From assembly GCA_020137815.1 (NCBI GenBank), contig CM035361.1, forward strand, positions 1,240,001-1,304,000: a stretch of 64,000 nt of DNA, given 5' to 3'. Positions 1-20,854 of the stretch are shown one piece after another; within the stretch, counting starts at the first letter, position 1; each line of letters begins with the position of its first letter. The DNA comes from Hormiphora californensis. Taxonomy: Eukaryota > Animalia > Ctenophora. Under the pieces are notes generated by a model. The model made no database searches, was not told the DNA's origin, and saw only the letters and a list, made by a program, of their open reading frames with translations. The translations under genes and the position numbers were made by a program.

Positions 1-84
1 ATGACCACGTCTCAACAGTGACCAATCTACGAGATGACGATATGGTATGTACGAAGTAGTGAGAGCATGAAAGATGCATGAGTC

Positions 85-123
<39 letters not shown>

Positions 124-2292
124 GGTCATGGGTATTGCAGTGATATTTCGCAACATGGGTGGTGCTTCTGTCATTGCACGGGGATCTTTCATGAAGATTT
201 GTCAAACTGAACGTTCCCAGAAAGAAAGAGTTTTATGTCAACTAAATGCAAGCTCTCATCACCCCCCGGGATACCACCCACGTTGCAAAGTGCAAACTGC
301 CTCGAATCTAAACCATATATATAACCATGACCCATCAGCTCTATAATTGATCATCGTGTGACGCTGAGAAAGTGCCACCACAATGATAAATTGATCCTGT
401 ATAATATCATAACAATCTGAGGGACTTAGTGAGTTAGTGGTATATAGCTCCGAGCATGTCTCTCTCGAGGTCCAGTATTTTTCGATTTTGTTCCCTATTT
501 AATTCTTGCTCAGATCTAATTATTCAGAATAATAATCTGACTTGGAGAATGGAAAGTTTTGTATTTCCCAAAAAGGTTTCATGGTTTTGCAACATATCTT
601 TTGATCCTTTTAAAAGATTTTTGAAGGACTGGTTTGACCGATAAGACGTTGAGCTTGCCAAGTTAGACTGTTTTTATAAAATAAAATAAAAGAGTTTGTA
701 CAAAACAACGTTGAGCTTGGTTTAATTTTGAAATACCAACTACAGTCACTCCTAGTATAGAATGATATTTGAGTATGACATGACCTGAACTTCCTCCCGT
801 GAAACCTAGAGAAATAGCTTCCATGGCCGATAGTTAAAACTGATTTGATTCTCAGCTAGTATTATATATAGAGGATATATAATGCGGCTTGTCATCGCAT
901 ATTGCAGAGCCTGAGAATACTCAAAAAGTTAAAAAAGTATCTTCTAAAATCAGTTTTAAATTGTTCTTTGCTTTTATTTTATACTTGAACTTCAACTTGA
1001 ACTTCGAGCTACGGCACATAATTGCCATGCTACGCAGTCTGTCCATTCGGCCCTTTAAGCGACTTCGGGCTCGCGTAAGCTCACACCGGGCCGAAGGCCC
1101 CGTGTGAGAGCTGACAGACAAGGAACATGTCAAGTACATAGCTAATAAATTATTGATATTCGTCTTCAAGTTAGAGAACGATTCTTACTCTAATTGTTTT
1201 AAAACTATATTGTTGGATTATTCATTTAACATGCACTAGGGTACCATTGATTCGTTTAGTGTGCACGTAGCTTAGATTAACAGATCAAGAGTTGGAAAAG
1301 TTGCATTTCTCGGGGTAACTTTTAATTTACCGCTTATCGAGAAACCAGTTGTGGGATAATATAATAGTCAGGCAACTCAGGCAATATTGGAAACTTTGAG
1401 CTGACACCTCAGTGCTTCTCAAAATATAACATTTCTGTTATGCCGAAGCTGCAGCCTTTCAATTGCACGTAAACTTCATGTACACTGTTCAGAGAGGAAG
1501 CTTTAGTTGATTGTATTTGAAATATAGAACCGTGCTGTACATTTTCCGAACCGTGAACACAGTCTCAATATTCTCTCACTTTTATCATTTATTACACAAT
1601 CTCCTACGTCTTGCAGTAATAACAGCATTGTATCAATATATGTTGTCCCACATTTGATTGAGTAAAATGTTATAGCTTAACCTGGCGGATAGTTGCCAAC
1701 GACCGGTCCCTCTGAATATGAATCTATATAAGGGAAAATATATTGAAAATGTTGCGAATTTCTCAAATATAACTGTCTAGTGTATCTCGTAGCTGACCTG
1801 AAATCTTAGTAAATCGATAGTTCACTATGATATACCAATTGACACCTTATTGAGATTGTGTTCTATTGGACACGTTCATATCTGCTTGGGTGATCACATG
1901 ATTTCAATGCTATTGTAATTAATTGCACATGATCATATATCGATCCTACAATTCCCAACCTGTCTTTTCAACGCAAAACTAGCTCCCATTTTGCGTGAGA
2001 TATTGCGTGAGATTCTTACCCCTCTCCCCCCATTAGTCAAACCCCACCCGCGGAGCCTATATGTCACTGTTGAGAACTATATATTGTTTCGTGCCACAGT
2101 TCTTTAGAACAATAGAACATCAATCGTTGTAATTTAAAAATATTTTAGATGAATATAAGACATAAAAGCTATCATAATTGATCTAGAATAATTTCTTAGT
2201 TCAGTTTAACAGAAAGAAAAAGCAATCTTTGAAAAACTTGCTCTTTCCTTTTTCAGTTTAACATATAGTTTCTAACCAGCAGAACAGCTAGT

Positions 2293-5200
2293 ATGTCAGC
2301 TAAAGATGACGTTATGCCAAACTGGGAGCGGGTAATGCTGATCTCTTACGATGGTATTTGCTCCATGTTGGCCCTCTCACTAAACACCCTAGTGGCGTGT
2401 ATTATCCTTACCAAGGTAGGTGGAATTTTATTAACAATAATTAAATAGATACATTAAATAATTACATCCAATCATATCATTACCTAAATAATTACACTAT
2501 CAAATAATGTTTCATACAACTGGATGATAATGTGCCTTTCTGAGGGTGCCTTTCTGAGGGTGCCTTTCTAAGGGTGCCTTTCTGAGGGTGCCTTTCTGAG
2601 GGTGCCTTTCTGAGGGTGCCTTTCTGAGGGTGCCTTTCTGAGGGTGCCTTTCTGAGGGTGCCTTTCTGAGGGTGCCTTTCTGAGGGTGCCTTTCTGAGGG
2701 TGCCTTTCTGAAGGTGCCTCTCTGAGGGTGCCTTTCTGAGGGTGCCTTTCTGAAGGTGCCTTTCTGAGGGTGCCTTTCTGAGGGTGCCTTTCTGAGGGTG
2801 CCTTTCTGAGGGTGCCTTTCTGAGGGTGCCTTTCTGAGGGTGCCTTTCTGAGGGTGCCTTTCTGAGGGTGCCTTTCTGAGGGTGCCTTTCTGAGGGAGCC
2901 TTTCTGAGGGTGCCTTTCTGAAGGTGCCTTTCTGAGGGTGCCTTTCTGAGGGTGCCTTTCTGAGGGTGCTTTTCTGAGGGTGTCTTTCTGAGGGTGCCTT
3001 TCTGAGGGTGCCTTTCTGAGGGTGCCTTTCTGAGGGTGCCTTTCTGAAGGTGCCTTTCTGAGGGTGCCTTTCTGAGGGTGCCTCTCTGAGGGTGCCTTTC
3101 TGAGGGTGCCTTTCTGAGGGTGCCTTTCTAAGGGTGCCTTTCTGAGGGTGCCTTTCTGAGGGTGCCTTTCTAAGGGTGCCTTTCTGAGGGTGCCTTTCTG
3201 AGGGTGCCTTTCTGAGGGTGCCTTTCTGAGGGTGCCTTTCTGAGGGTGCCTTTCTGAGGGTGCCTTTCTGAGGGTGCCTTTCTGAGGGTGCCTTTCTGAG
3301 GGTGCCTTTCTGAGGGAGCCTTTCTGAGGGTGCCTTTCTGAGGGTGCCTTTCTGAGGGTGCCTTTCTGAGGGTGCCTTTCTGAGGATGCCTTTCTGAGGG
3401 TGCCTTTCTGAGGGTGCCTTTCTGAGGGTGCCCCGGGCCACCAGAGATCTAAAGTGAATTCTTATCTGTTATTATCTGCCATAGTAATACAGGGTGTCCC
3501 ACTGTCTTTGCGTCACCATGTTGACCTATTTTTCGTTGATTTTATATTAATTTAATGGAGCCCGGTCATGACCCAAAATCGCAGATCACACAGTGGGATC
3601 AGACAATGGGAAACCCTGTACTCAGACTGCTGTTCTTATTTGAGCATTTGAGCAGTCCTCTGAAGTCTGAAAGGTCCTAAATACCTCTTTTTCTCAGGGG
3701 GTAGAAATTGACAGCTTATTATAAAATAGGGACCCCCTTGCATGTCGAATATTGCCGTTCTCTTCCCAGGAAAATCTCCCTTTGCGACGTTCTAGTTATC
3801 ACATGTCAGGAAAAACTCATTTAACCGCCTGATAAATCGTTCAATTTTAACTGGGCAAGAACTCCAGAGGGCGATATAGTCTAAGTGGAAACCTGCAAAA
3901 AAAGATATTCTGTCGAATGTCGCTAATCTCATTTCGTCTTGACAGTAGCTATCTTTCATTTTCCTAGCAAAGTTATCAATTTGCTTAGTGGGCGCTGCAG
4001 ATAATATACTTTTATTAAAATTCGGTTTATGAAGAGCGTTAATTTATCTGGGCAACCCACGATGAAATAATACAAAACGTCAAAATAAAGGACTCTGCGT
4101 ATATATTGAATAACCTTTTCTCTCTTTATTCCCATCTCTTCGTGGGTATGCCCCACCCCCATATATCAAGCTGATATTATCACTTAAAACAAGCTGATAT
4201 TATCATTTCAATCAAGTTTATATTAGCATTTAAATAAAGTTGATATTATCATTTAAATGGGGGTCATGCCACCCACTAAGACACTATTATTTGTATCAGT
4301 ACCGTGAAAATGAATGCAGCTCAATGTCATGAATTGCTGTGTGATCACATCAACAAAAATACCGGGGTATTTCAGTTGACACGATTGGCAGCATACCCCT
4401 AATTGATCCATGAATTACCCCAAGCTATAGGGTTAACAAGACAGCCATGTATAACAACACCTTTCACCCTCACCAGGTTAATCTCCGGAAAAGCCCAACA
4501 TGTGCCACTGTCCTAGTGGCCTCTATATTTGGTCTGATTTACAGCTGTGGGTTCGGTCTCCCCCAAACAGTGGCGCTATTGAGGGGATCATGGCCTGGTA
4601 GATACGAGTGGTGTGTGACAGCGAATGTGATGAGTTATTACATTGTGTATGGGCTGGTTTACTTCTACTACACTTGTCACACTGGAGGTGAGTGGAGGGA
4701 TCTAGTTTTATTTTCTTAATCTTAGATTTTATACAATCTAGGAAAATTATAAATGAGAATTCTAGCTTAGTAGCTTCTTTCAACAACTATATAATTCAGA
4801 GTCCTGCATGAGAGTATGACTGCTCATTATCACCTAAAACACTAAAACTCCCCTCTCTATTTCAGACAGCCTATATGATATCACACCCCCTCAAATACAA
4901 CCGGTTTCAGCACTAAGACACGTGCTAAGGTGCTCCTTGGAACTCTCCTAGCCTGGACTATCCATCTCCCCTATCCATATCTGTCCATTTCTTTACTCTC
5001 TATCCCACCAATATGCAGTCAGTCCTGACTTCCTTCAATGCTAGTCATGCCTTTGAGAAGTATATTAAAAAGGAAGTATTCCCTTACACACGGAGCGAGG
5101 ACACGAGGAATAAGTACTGTGAGAGGTACTGGGTGATTGGATCTAAGGATGAGCAAATCATAGTTAATTTCATATTCGTTCTAAACTGTCTGGCAGTCCT

Positions 5201-5759
5201 GCTGATCGCAGTTTCATTCGGGGTCATCCTGACGACAATTGTTAACAGCAGCAGAATGTCAGTGAGATCTCACCGGGCCTGTACCACCAAGAAGGGTGAA
5301 CAAAACAGGAAACTGGCAAAACGAACTATTGTCATAACAACGGCAACTCTGTTTCCATGGTTACCAAATCTTGTCATGTCCATTGCGATGAGAATTCTAA
5401 GCAAACAAGACCCGTTTCACCCTTTCTTCCAAACGGAGATCTACTTCTCTCTCAACGACGCAGTTGTGTATCTTTACTACACAGTCCCCTGGGTGTTCCC
5501 TCTGATACACCTGATATTTGATCCCTACATAGCCCAAGGAAAACAACAACTATTCTCCTCAAGGTACGGTAGCTATAGTAACCATGGTAACCATGGTGAC
5601 AACCAGAATGCTGTGTATGTTCCTATGATCAATGTACTTACGCCAGTAAACTCACCTAATGTTATACACCTTGCTGATAATCACCGTGATAATATTCGTA
5701 CGCCGGTGATTGGTTGGGATCAAGACGATGATCAGTCTGTGTTGGGCTTTAATTGTTGA
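2293..5759 (+). CDS. Class A (rhodopsin-like) GPCR, 3 exons (2293-2415, 4477-4687, ~4867-5759), with 2-3 apparent indels
   Basis: Exon 1 MSAKDDVMPNWERVMLISYDGICSMLALSLNTLVACIILTK (TM1) ends at a gt donor. Exon 2 VNLRKSPT...W...C follows a cag acceptor. LVTLE/TAYMISHPLKY resembles the DRY..HPLKY region. ORF 5013-5759 has TM5-7 (PWLP, DPYI). Frames only join if small indels are assumed. Confidence 0.75.
2532..3432. repeat. 14-bp minisatellite (GTGCCTTTCTGAGG)n, about 64 copies, in GPCR intron 1
   Basis: Direct reading; it explains the 14-aa periodic ORF 2512-3441. Confidence 0.97.
3490..3618. mobile_element. Tc1/mariner-type MITE
   Basis: TA|CAGGGTGTCCCACTGTCT ... AGACAATGGGAAACCCTG|TA: imperfect TIRs and a TA TSD. 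Confidence 0.75.
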
Positions 5760-5823
5760 CGCTAATTTCAATGTAATCAGACTTGTGTAGTCTAGTTGAG
5801 GAAGCTGATGAAAAATAGTACTA

Positions 5824-5994
5824 CAGTCGGACCCCGATTTAGGGCCCCCCGATTTAGTGGCACCCCGATTTAGGGACAGGATTTTTTCCCCCGATATAGG
5901 AAATTAACCTTATTTGACCCCGATTTAGTGGACACCCCGATTTAGTGGACAAGAGCCTTTCCCCCGAGGGTGTCCCTAAATCGGGGTCCGACTG
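5824..5994. mobile_element. pogo/Tigger-like MITE (family copy 1)
   Basis: TA|CAGTCGGACCCCGATTTAG ... CTAAATCGGGGTCCGACTG|TA, with internal CCCCGATTTAG repeats. Confidence 0.9.
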
Positions 5995-7960
5995 TACTTG
6001 GTAGTTATCGTTAAATCAAACCAAGCGATATGATTAAACTTTTAATTGTGAATTTCAGCCTTGTGAAAATTGATGATTTCTAATATAACGTGATTTATGT
6101 GTAATTGTAGTATGCTAATTTCTACGTTAATATGCTGAGTAATTGTTGTGTCGAAGCTGTGAAGCACATTGAAATTTAATTGTACTGAATAGCATCAAGA
6201 CTCTGTAATTATAACCCGGGCAGCTTTTATAAATGATATGTTGAACTCGAGGTTTCTCTCAAAATCTCAAATTCAGTCCTGCTACTGCAGATGTCCGTAC
6301 CAATTAGATATACGACAAATTAACTTTTGTGAACGTTCACTTTCGCCTTTAAGTCGAAATTGCATACCATGCCATCTCGTACCGTAATTCAAATTTCAAA
6401 GGTCGTAATTGTGCAATGAGCTAGGTACCCAGACATGTCACTTTCTGCAAGTTACTAGATAACTACATAGTATACGTGCTATAGCAACAATTAAATACTA
6501 AATAAGGCGAAGGGGAAGTTGGACCTTTCACCCTTTTTAAGTAGGAAACAAAACTAAACCCTAAATTCAAGTTGCTGTAAGTTATCTAACCACTCCTTCC
6601 TCCCTTCCCCAGGCGGAGAATACATAGAACAGACACCGCAGTAGCAGTGAGTGACCCGTACCATAGTCCTGGAAGTCCAGGAAGTGTATGCCGTCGGTCA
6701 GGGGGCAACTTTCGGTTCAGAAACGGACGGGCAGGATCTCTCACAATCACTAAATTGTGACAATGACTATCTAGATAGCTTAAACACGATACTTATCGAC
6801 TGTTTACATGAAATTCATGGACTATCATGGACTGTTATAATTTGACAGCTAATTAATTAGACAGCTGATGGCTTTTTGTACTCTACTATCCGGGCTGGAA
6901 CCCTTTCTCAATTCTTTTGACGTTTTCAAATGTGAGAATAAAGGACTGTCTACTAGCTAATAGCTATTCGAAGAATGTTTTCGCTAATCATTAGGGAATT
7001 TAGGTATGTATTATGTAATTACAAAATTATCTAGCAGCTAGCTGTCATGTTGTGTTTAAAATCTGTGTCAAGATACTGCAGTTATGGCAGTTGTATTTGA
7101 CCCTTAATCAAAGCTGAAGTTGTTCTTATAATTTATGGAAGTTTGTGTTTCAATTTTAGTTTTTTTTTGGACACCCGGACGAACTCTGGAGAGGTCGGGA
7201 TAGGCCACCTTTGCGCTTACCAGCGCAGTAAAAGGTGGAAAATGGAAGGCTGCGCGTTACACGCTATGCGCGCACTCGAATTCTGAGTGCCCGATTTTGA
7301 ACTTTCACCACAACAATGTCTCCGCGCGTTACATCACCCATGTCTCCAGATCCCGAGCCTGTGTGGTGCAGGACTACAGGAACCACGGTTCCCCATCACA
7401 CACACGGCACACAGTGTCACACAACCAATTGGTGAGAGAGTCCTATAGCATGCTCTTTGGAGGACGCACGGGGTGACCAGGAGCTGAGATGGAGCTATCA
7501 TTAAATTATGAAAATCATCTCCATGGATACCCCCGAGAGAGAGAAAGAGGGCACGTAAAATATGTTTCTGTATTAGAGATACTTGGATATTCAAACTCAG
7601 AAATTGGGGGACCAACTACAAAATATGCATTACACTCCATATCTCAATAAATACACACATTCCACTCTTATTTACATTTTATACAGTTCATTAAACTGAT
7701 ACAAGTTTTTTTTACAATGTAAAACTAACCCAATAAATACCATGATTGAATAATGAATACCCCTCCTGCTGATCCCGAAATAGAACGGCATGAGACTATC
7801 ACAGGGGGCGCCTCAAATAGAAACCAACCCCCTCTAGCTCTTCAGTTCCCAACCTTCTCTCACACAACTCTTAAAATCTCTAATATATTTACATTTCAAA
7901 ACAATTAAATACTAATTGTCAATCGAAGATCTATAATTAATAGCCTCAAGACTCTGGCTA

Positions 7961-15339
<7,379 letters not shown>

Positions 15340-15929
15340 GATAAAATCTTAGTTTTCAGTAAAATCACTTGTTCTCATACTAGATCGAATTTAGAGAGAG
15401 GTAATACAGGCAAAATTGTTTCAAAGTTTATGATCAAACTGAGAAAAATGAATCAGACATGCTATGCTTATGGAATTCGGAGGCGGATGGTTCGGATGGC
15501 CGGTGGGGAATCCGAGATCTGGAATCTTCATGGCGCCGAGGACCGAGCCCCGAGCGTGTTTGAAATTGATCATAATCTTCAAATCGCCTTGGTGTAAACA
15601 GGGTGTGAACTGCATGTCGTGTTTGCTAGTCGCGAGCGCGCTTGCGAGACAAGCAAACACGTCACGGTTCATTAACAAGCATGCTGCTCAGTCATTTTAG
15701 ATTTATTACACAATGTAAGGATACCATGTAATAGGTGAGACTCTTGCCGTCACCCTCGTTCAAGTCCCGTGAAAAACGGAGCAGTACACGCAAACTGATG
15801 CCCATTTTCCTCGCGTGACCCCGATTCAGCAGTTTGAGACACCAACTCTTTAGGGGGCCATATCTCAGGAACCAGACAAGATAGGAAAAATCGCCGTCTA
15901 ACGAGGCGTACAGTTTTTAATCTAGTTTA

Positions 15930-16654
15930 GGGTAGAAAGGGGTAAAATGGCACACTTTCTAACGTTTTAGGTTCTAAAATACTCAATTTATACAGCAAGA
16001 AGAAAAAAAATTATATAGGCTATCCAATGAAACGTTTTCCTTTCAGACGAGCTAAATTTTAAAATCTGAAAGTTTTATTTAATAGCTTAATTAATCAATT
16101 CAAAAAGTTTGGTAGGGCTTTTTTTGGAAATTTTGCACTGGGGTAAAATGGTCCAGCCAATAGCATTGCTCGATTTTTATCACGTGCCTGGTGTTGTTAG
16201 AGCACTGGGGTAAAATGGTCCATGTTATCTTCAGTAATTTCTGTTCTGCTGGACCATTTTACCCCAGTGTGCTGGACCATTTTACCCCAGTTGGTATCAC
16301 GTGGTATTGGAGGCTCGATTTCATTGGTCCCAGGGTGAACCATTTTACCCCAGCGAGGGTGAACCATTTTACCCCAGTTTGACTAATTTGACAATTTAAT
16401 CAACTTAATAGTGGGTTTTTTGAAAAATTTTTATACCAAGTTTTAGAAGGATAAAAACCCTAACTGGCAGTTTTTGCAAAATTAAAATCGGCCAACTCAA
16501 ACAGAAATTACAGCAGTTTTAAAGCAAAAATTCGGAACAGAACGAGCAGGTCTCCGCTGGAGAAAAAGTCACGTGACTACATGTAATAACTAGGACCATT
16601 TTACCCCATACATGTGCCATTTTACCCCGTGTGCCATTTTACCCCTTTCTACCC
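15930..16654. mobile_element. TA-TSD MITE nested in the left foldback arm (pogo/Fot1-like)
   Basis: TIR GGGTAGAAAGGGGTAAAATGGCACAC; the right arm shows the empty site TCTAGTTTACCACTG, which establishes the TA duplication; internal GGGGTAAAATGG repeats. Confidence 0.9.
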
Positions 16655-16878
16655 TACCACTGTACCGGCCGTTTCACTCTCCGACCTAAAACAAAAATCG
16701 CAACCCCACAAAACTTCAAAATAATGAAATTCGCATCTCGCATGTCGTGTTGCATGTCGTGTCATGTTATTGACGCGCTCGCGTTCAACTCTCACACAGC
16801 AGCTGCAGAACATGGCGGGAAACATCGAGGAGTAGAGAGAGGGTCGGTGCCGAATCAAATATTTCTTGATCTTGATCT

Positions 16879-19453
16879 ACTCCATCTCTCAGCTATCCTA
16901 CCACTCATCAACTCGATCTCTCAGCTACCCTACCCCTCATCTACTCCATCTTTCAGCTACCCTACCCCTCATCTACTCCATCTTTCAGCTACCCTACCCC
17001 TTATCTAGTCCATCTCTCAGCTACCCTACTCCTCATCTACTCCATCTCTCAGCTTCCCTATTAGGGAAGCATAGAGATGGAAACGATTAGGGGTAGGGAA
17101 TCCCTATCCATAATCGTTTCCATCTCTATGCTTCCCTAGCCCTCATCAACTCCATCTTTCAGCTACCCTACCCCTAATCTAGTCCATCTCTCCGCTACCC
17201 TACTCCTCATCTACTCCATCTCTCAGCTACCCTACCTCCCATTTACTCCATCTCTCAGCTACCCTACCTCCCATTTACTCCATCTCTCAGCTTCCCTACC
17301 TCCCATTTACTCCATCTCTCAGCTGCCCTACCTCCCATTTACTCCATCTCTTACCTTCCCTACCTCTCATTTACTCCATCTCTCAGCTTCCGTACCCCTC
17401 ATTTACTCCATCTCTCAGCTTCCCTACCTCCCATTTACTCCATCTCTCAGCTTCCTTACCTCCCATAAATACTCCATCTCTCAGCTTCCCTACCTCCCAT
17501 TTACTCCATCTCTCAGCTTCCCTACCTCCCATTTACTCCATCGCTTACCTTCCCTACCTCCCATTTACTCCATCTCTCAGCTTCCCTACCTCCCATTTAC
17601 TCCATCTCTCAGCTACCCTACCTCCCGTTTACTTCATCTCTCAGCTTCCCTACCTCCCATTTACTCCATCTCTCAGCTTCCCTACCTCCCATTTACTCCA
17701 TCGCTTACCTTCACTACCTCCCATTTACTCCATCTCTCAGCTTCCCTACCTCCCATTTACTCCATCTCTTACCTTCCCTACCTCTCATTTACTCCATCTC
17801 TCAGCTTCCGTACCCCTCATTTACTCCATCTCTCAGCTTCCCTACCTCCCATTTACTCCATCTCTCAGCTTCCTTACCTCCCATTTACTCCATCTCTCAT
17901 TTATCCTAACATTCCTACCCCTGAGAGATGGAGTAAATGGGAGGTAGGGAAGCTGAGAGATGGAGTAAATGGGTGGTAGGGTAGCTGAGAGATGGAGTAA
18001 ATGGGTGGTAGGGTAGCTGAGAGATGGAGTAAATGGCAGGTAGGGAAGCTGAGGGATGGAGTAAATGGGAGGTAGGGAAGCTGAGAGATGGAGTAAATGG
18101 GAGGTAAGTAAGCTGAGAGATGGAGTAAATGGGAGGTAGGGTAGCTGAGAGATGGAGTAAATGGGAGGTAGGGTAGCTGAGAGATGGAGTAAATGAGAGG
18201 TAGGGTAGCTGAGAGATGGAGTAAATGAGAGGTAGGGAAGCTGAGAAATGGAGTAAATGGGAAGTAGGGTAGCTGAGAGATGGAGTAAATGGGAGGTAGG
18301 GAAGCTGAGAGATGGATCAAATGGGAGGTAGGGTAGCTGAGGGATGGAGTAAATGGGAGGTAGGGAAGCTGAGAGATGGAGTGAATGGGAGGTAGGGAAG
18401 CTGAGAGATGGAGTAAATGGGAGCTAGGTAAGCTGAGAGATGGAGTAAATGGGAGATAGGGTATCTGAGAGATGGAGTAAATGGCAGGTAGGGAAGCTGA
18501 GATATGGAGTAAATGGGAGGTAGGTAAGCTGAGAGATGGAGTAAATGGGAGGTAGGGAAGCTGAGAGATGGAGTAAATGGGAGGTAGGGAAGCTGAGAGA
18601 TGGAGTAAATGGGAGGTAGGGTAGCTGAGAGATGGAGTAAATGAGAGGTAGGGAAGCTGAGAGATGGAGTAAATGGGAGGTAGGGTAGCTGAGAGATGGA
18701 CTAAATGGGAGGTAGGGTAGCTGAGAGATGGAGTAGATGAGGAGTAGGGTAGCGGAGAGATGGAGTAAATGGGAGGTAGGGAAGCTGAGAGATGGAGTGA
18801 ATGGGAGGTAGGGAAGCTGAGAGATGGAGTAAATGGGAGCTAGGTAAGCTGAGAGATGGAGTAAATGGGAGATAGGGTATCTGAGAGATGGAGTAAATGG
18901 CAGGTAGGGAAGCTGAGATATGGAGTAAATGGGAGGTAGGTAAGCTGAGAGATGGAGTAAATGGGAGGTAGGGTAGCTGAGAGATGGAGTAAATGGGAGG
19001 TAGGGTAGCTGAGAGATGGAGTAAATGAGAGGTAGGGAAGCTGAGAGATGGAGTAAATGGGAGGTAGGGTAGCTGAGAGATGGACTAAATGGGAGGTAGG
19101 GTAGCTGAGAGATGGAGTAGATGAGGAGTAGGGTAGCGGAGAGATGGACTAGATTAGGGGTAGGGTAGCTGAAAGATGGAGTTGATGAGGGCTAGGGAAG
19201 CATAGAGATGGAAACGATTATGGATAGGGATTCCCTACCCCTAATCGTTTCCATCTCTATGCTTCCCTAATAGGGAAGCTGAGAGATGGAGTAGATGAGG
19301 AGTAGGGTAGCTGAGAGATGGACTAGATAAGGGGTAGGGTAGCTGAAAGATGGAGTAGATGAGGGGTAGGGTAGCTGAAAGATGGAGTAGATGAGGGGTA
19401 GGGTAGCTGAGAGATCGAGTTGATGAGTGGTAGGATAGCTGAGAGATGGAGTA
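16879..19453. repeat. 32-bp tandem arrays inside the foldback arms, two opposed arrays (16879-17899 and 17921-19453)
   Basis: Unit TCCATCTCTCAGCTTCCCTACCTCCCATTTAC and its reverse complement. Confidence 0.95.
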
Positions 19454-20854
19454 GATCAAGATCAAGAAATATTTGATTCGGCACCGACCCTCTCTCTACT
19501 CCTCGATGTTTCCCGCCATGTTCTGCAGCTGCTGTGTGAGAGTTGAACGCGAGCGCGTCAATAACATGACACGACATGCAACACGACATGCGAGATGCGA
19601 ATTTCATTATTTTGAAGTTTTGTGGGGTTGCGATTTTTGTTTTAGGTCGGAGAGTGAAACGGCCGGTACAGTGGTAAACTAGATTAAAAACTGTACGCCT
19701 CGTTAGACGGCGATTTTTCCTATCTTGTCTGGTTCCTGAGATATGGCCCCCTAAAGAGTTGGTGTCTCAAACTGCTGAATCGGGGTCACGCGAGGAAAAT
19801 GGGCATCAGTTTGCGTGTACTGCTCCGTTTTTCACGGGACTTGAACGAGGGTGACGGCAAGAGTCTCACCTATTACATGGTATCCTTACATTGTGTATTA
19901 AATCTAAAATGACTGAGCAGCATGCTTGTTAATGAACCTTGACGTGTTTGCTTGTCTCGCAAGCGCGCTCGCGACTAGCAAACACGACATGCAGTTCACA
20001 CCCTGGTAAATACTACACTTGTTTCGGTTTGTCACAGAGCCTCTTGGCATTGGCCTCACGTGCTTGCAGCCTCCAGAAAATATAGAAAGTTAAACTTTGA
20101 AAAATAGTAAGTTAAACACATTTTGTAAAAAAACTCAGATTTGAAAATCCTGGTTGGGCTGAAAATTAAATCACACAGGCACAAAGCGATGCAAATTATG
20201 ACATTTGTATGTAATGCGCGAAGTAAAAGACAGATATCGATGCCGCGCGTGCTCGTGAACATTGCATTGCGCGTTATTCGTGCGTTTTCAAATCGCCTCT
20301 GCTCCGTGTTTTTCAGTTCGTGTTTTTTGAAAAGTTCAGTTTTTTCCACGGCATGCTTTGTTTATCCCAACGGTTTTAACGTAAAATCTGACTTAATTAG
20401 TGTCGCTACATGAAGATCTCGACATATTGACCTCAATGGAGTTGTCTTTAAATATTGTAGTTTAGATATTAATATTTTAAGCACTTTTGAATCACCATTA
20501 CAGCCGTCAAACTCGGTTTTATAAAATAAAGTCGGGGCTAGAGCGGAGAGCCTAGACCCATTTAGATGCAATTACATTTGCTAACGTTCTGCGTTCGACG
20601 ACCGGCGTTTTGGCAACAAACCTTGTTAAAAATGACTGAAACACGCTCACTCAAATTTGCCATTGCCACTTTTGAAAGTGAGCACGTATGTCAAGCGTAG
20701 GCTGTTGGTGCGTGCTCCATTATTTTACACTATAAAGTGGTATATATAAATGATTATATTACATTTAAACGTTTGTGTGAGATATGATTAAATAATAATC
20801 TTGATCCTCTGTGTAGCTTCTCTTTATGGTGGGTTGTGCGTGACAGAGAGAAAC

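Larger units (their letters stand above)
15599..20005. mobile_element. Foldback-type palindromic non-autonomous DNA transposon (CAGGG termini, 5-bp TSD GTAAA; hAT5-like)
   Basis: GTAAA|CAGGGTGTGAACTGC ... GCAGTTCACACCCTG|GTAAA. The arms are near-identical reverse complements up to a ~21-bp centre at 17900-17920. Confidence 0.9.

Noticed and set aside
2512-3441. 309-aa repetitive ORF (KGTLRKAPSERHPQ)n
   Set aside because: Translation of a stop-free 14-bp minisatellite on the antisense strand of a GPCR intron.
6612-6845. Possible + strand exon after a CCCAG acceptor
   Set aside because: No recognisable homology, needs a frameshift, and no linkable upstream exon was found.
16879-19453. CRISPR-like or coding interpretation of the 32-bp arrays
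   Set aside because: Head-to-tail units without unique spacers, eukaryotic context, no cas genes; the ORFs are repeat artefacts.
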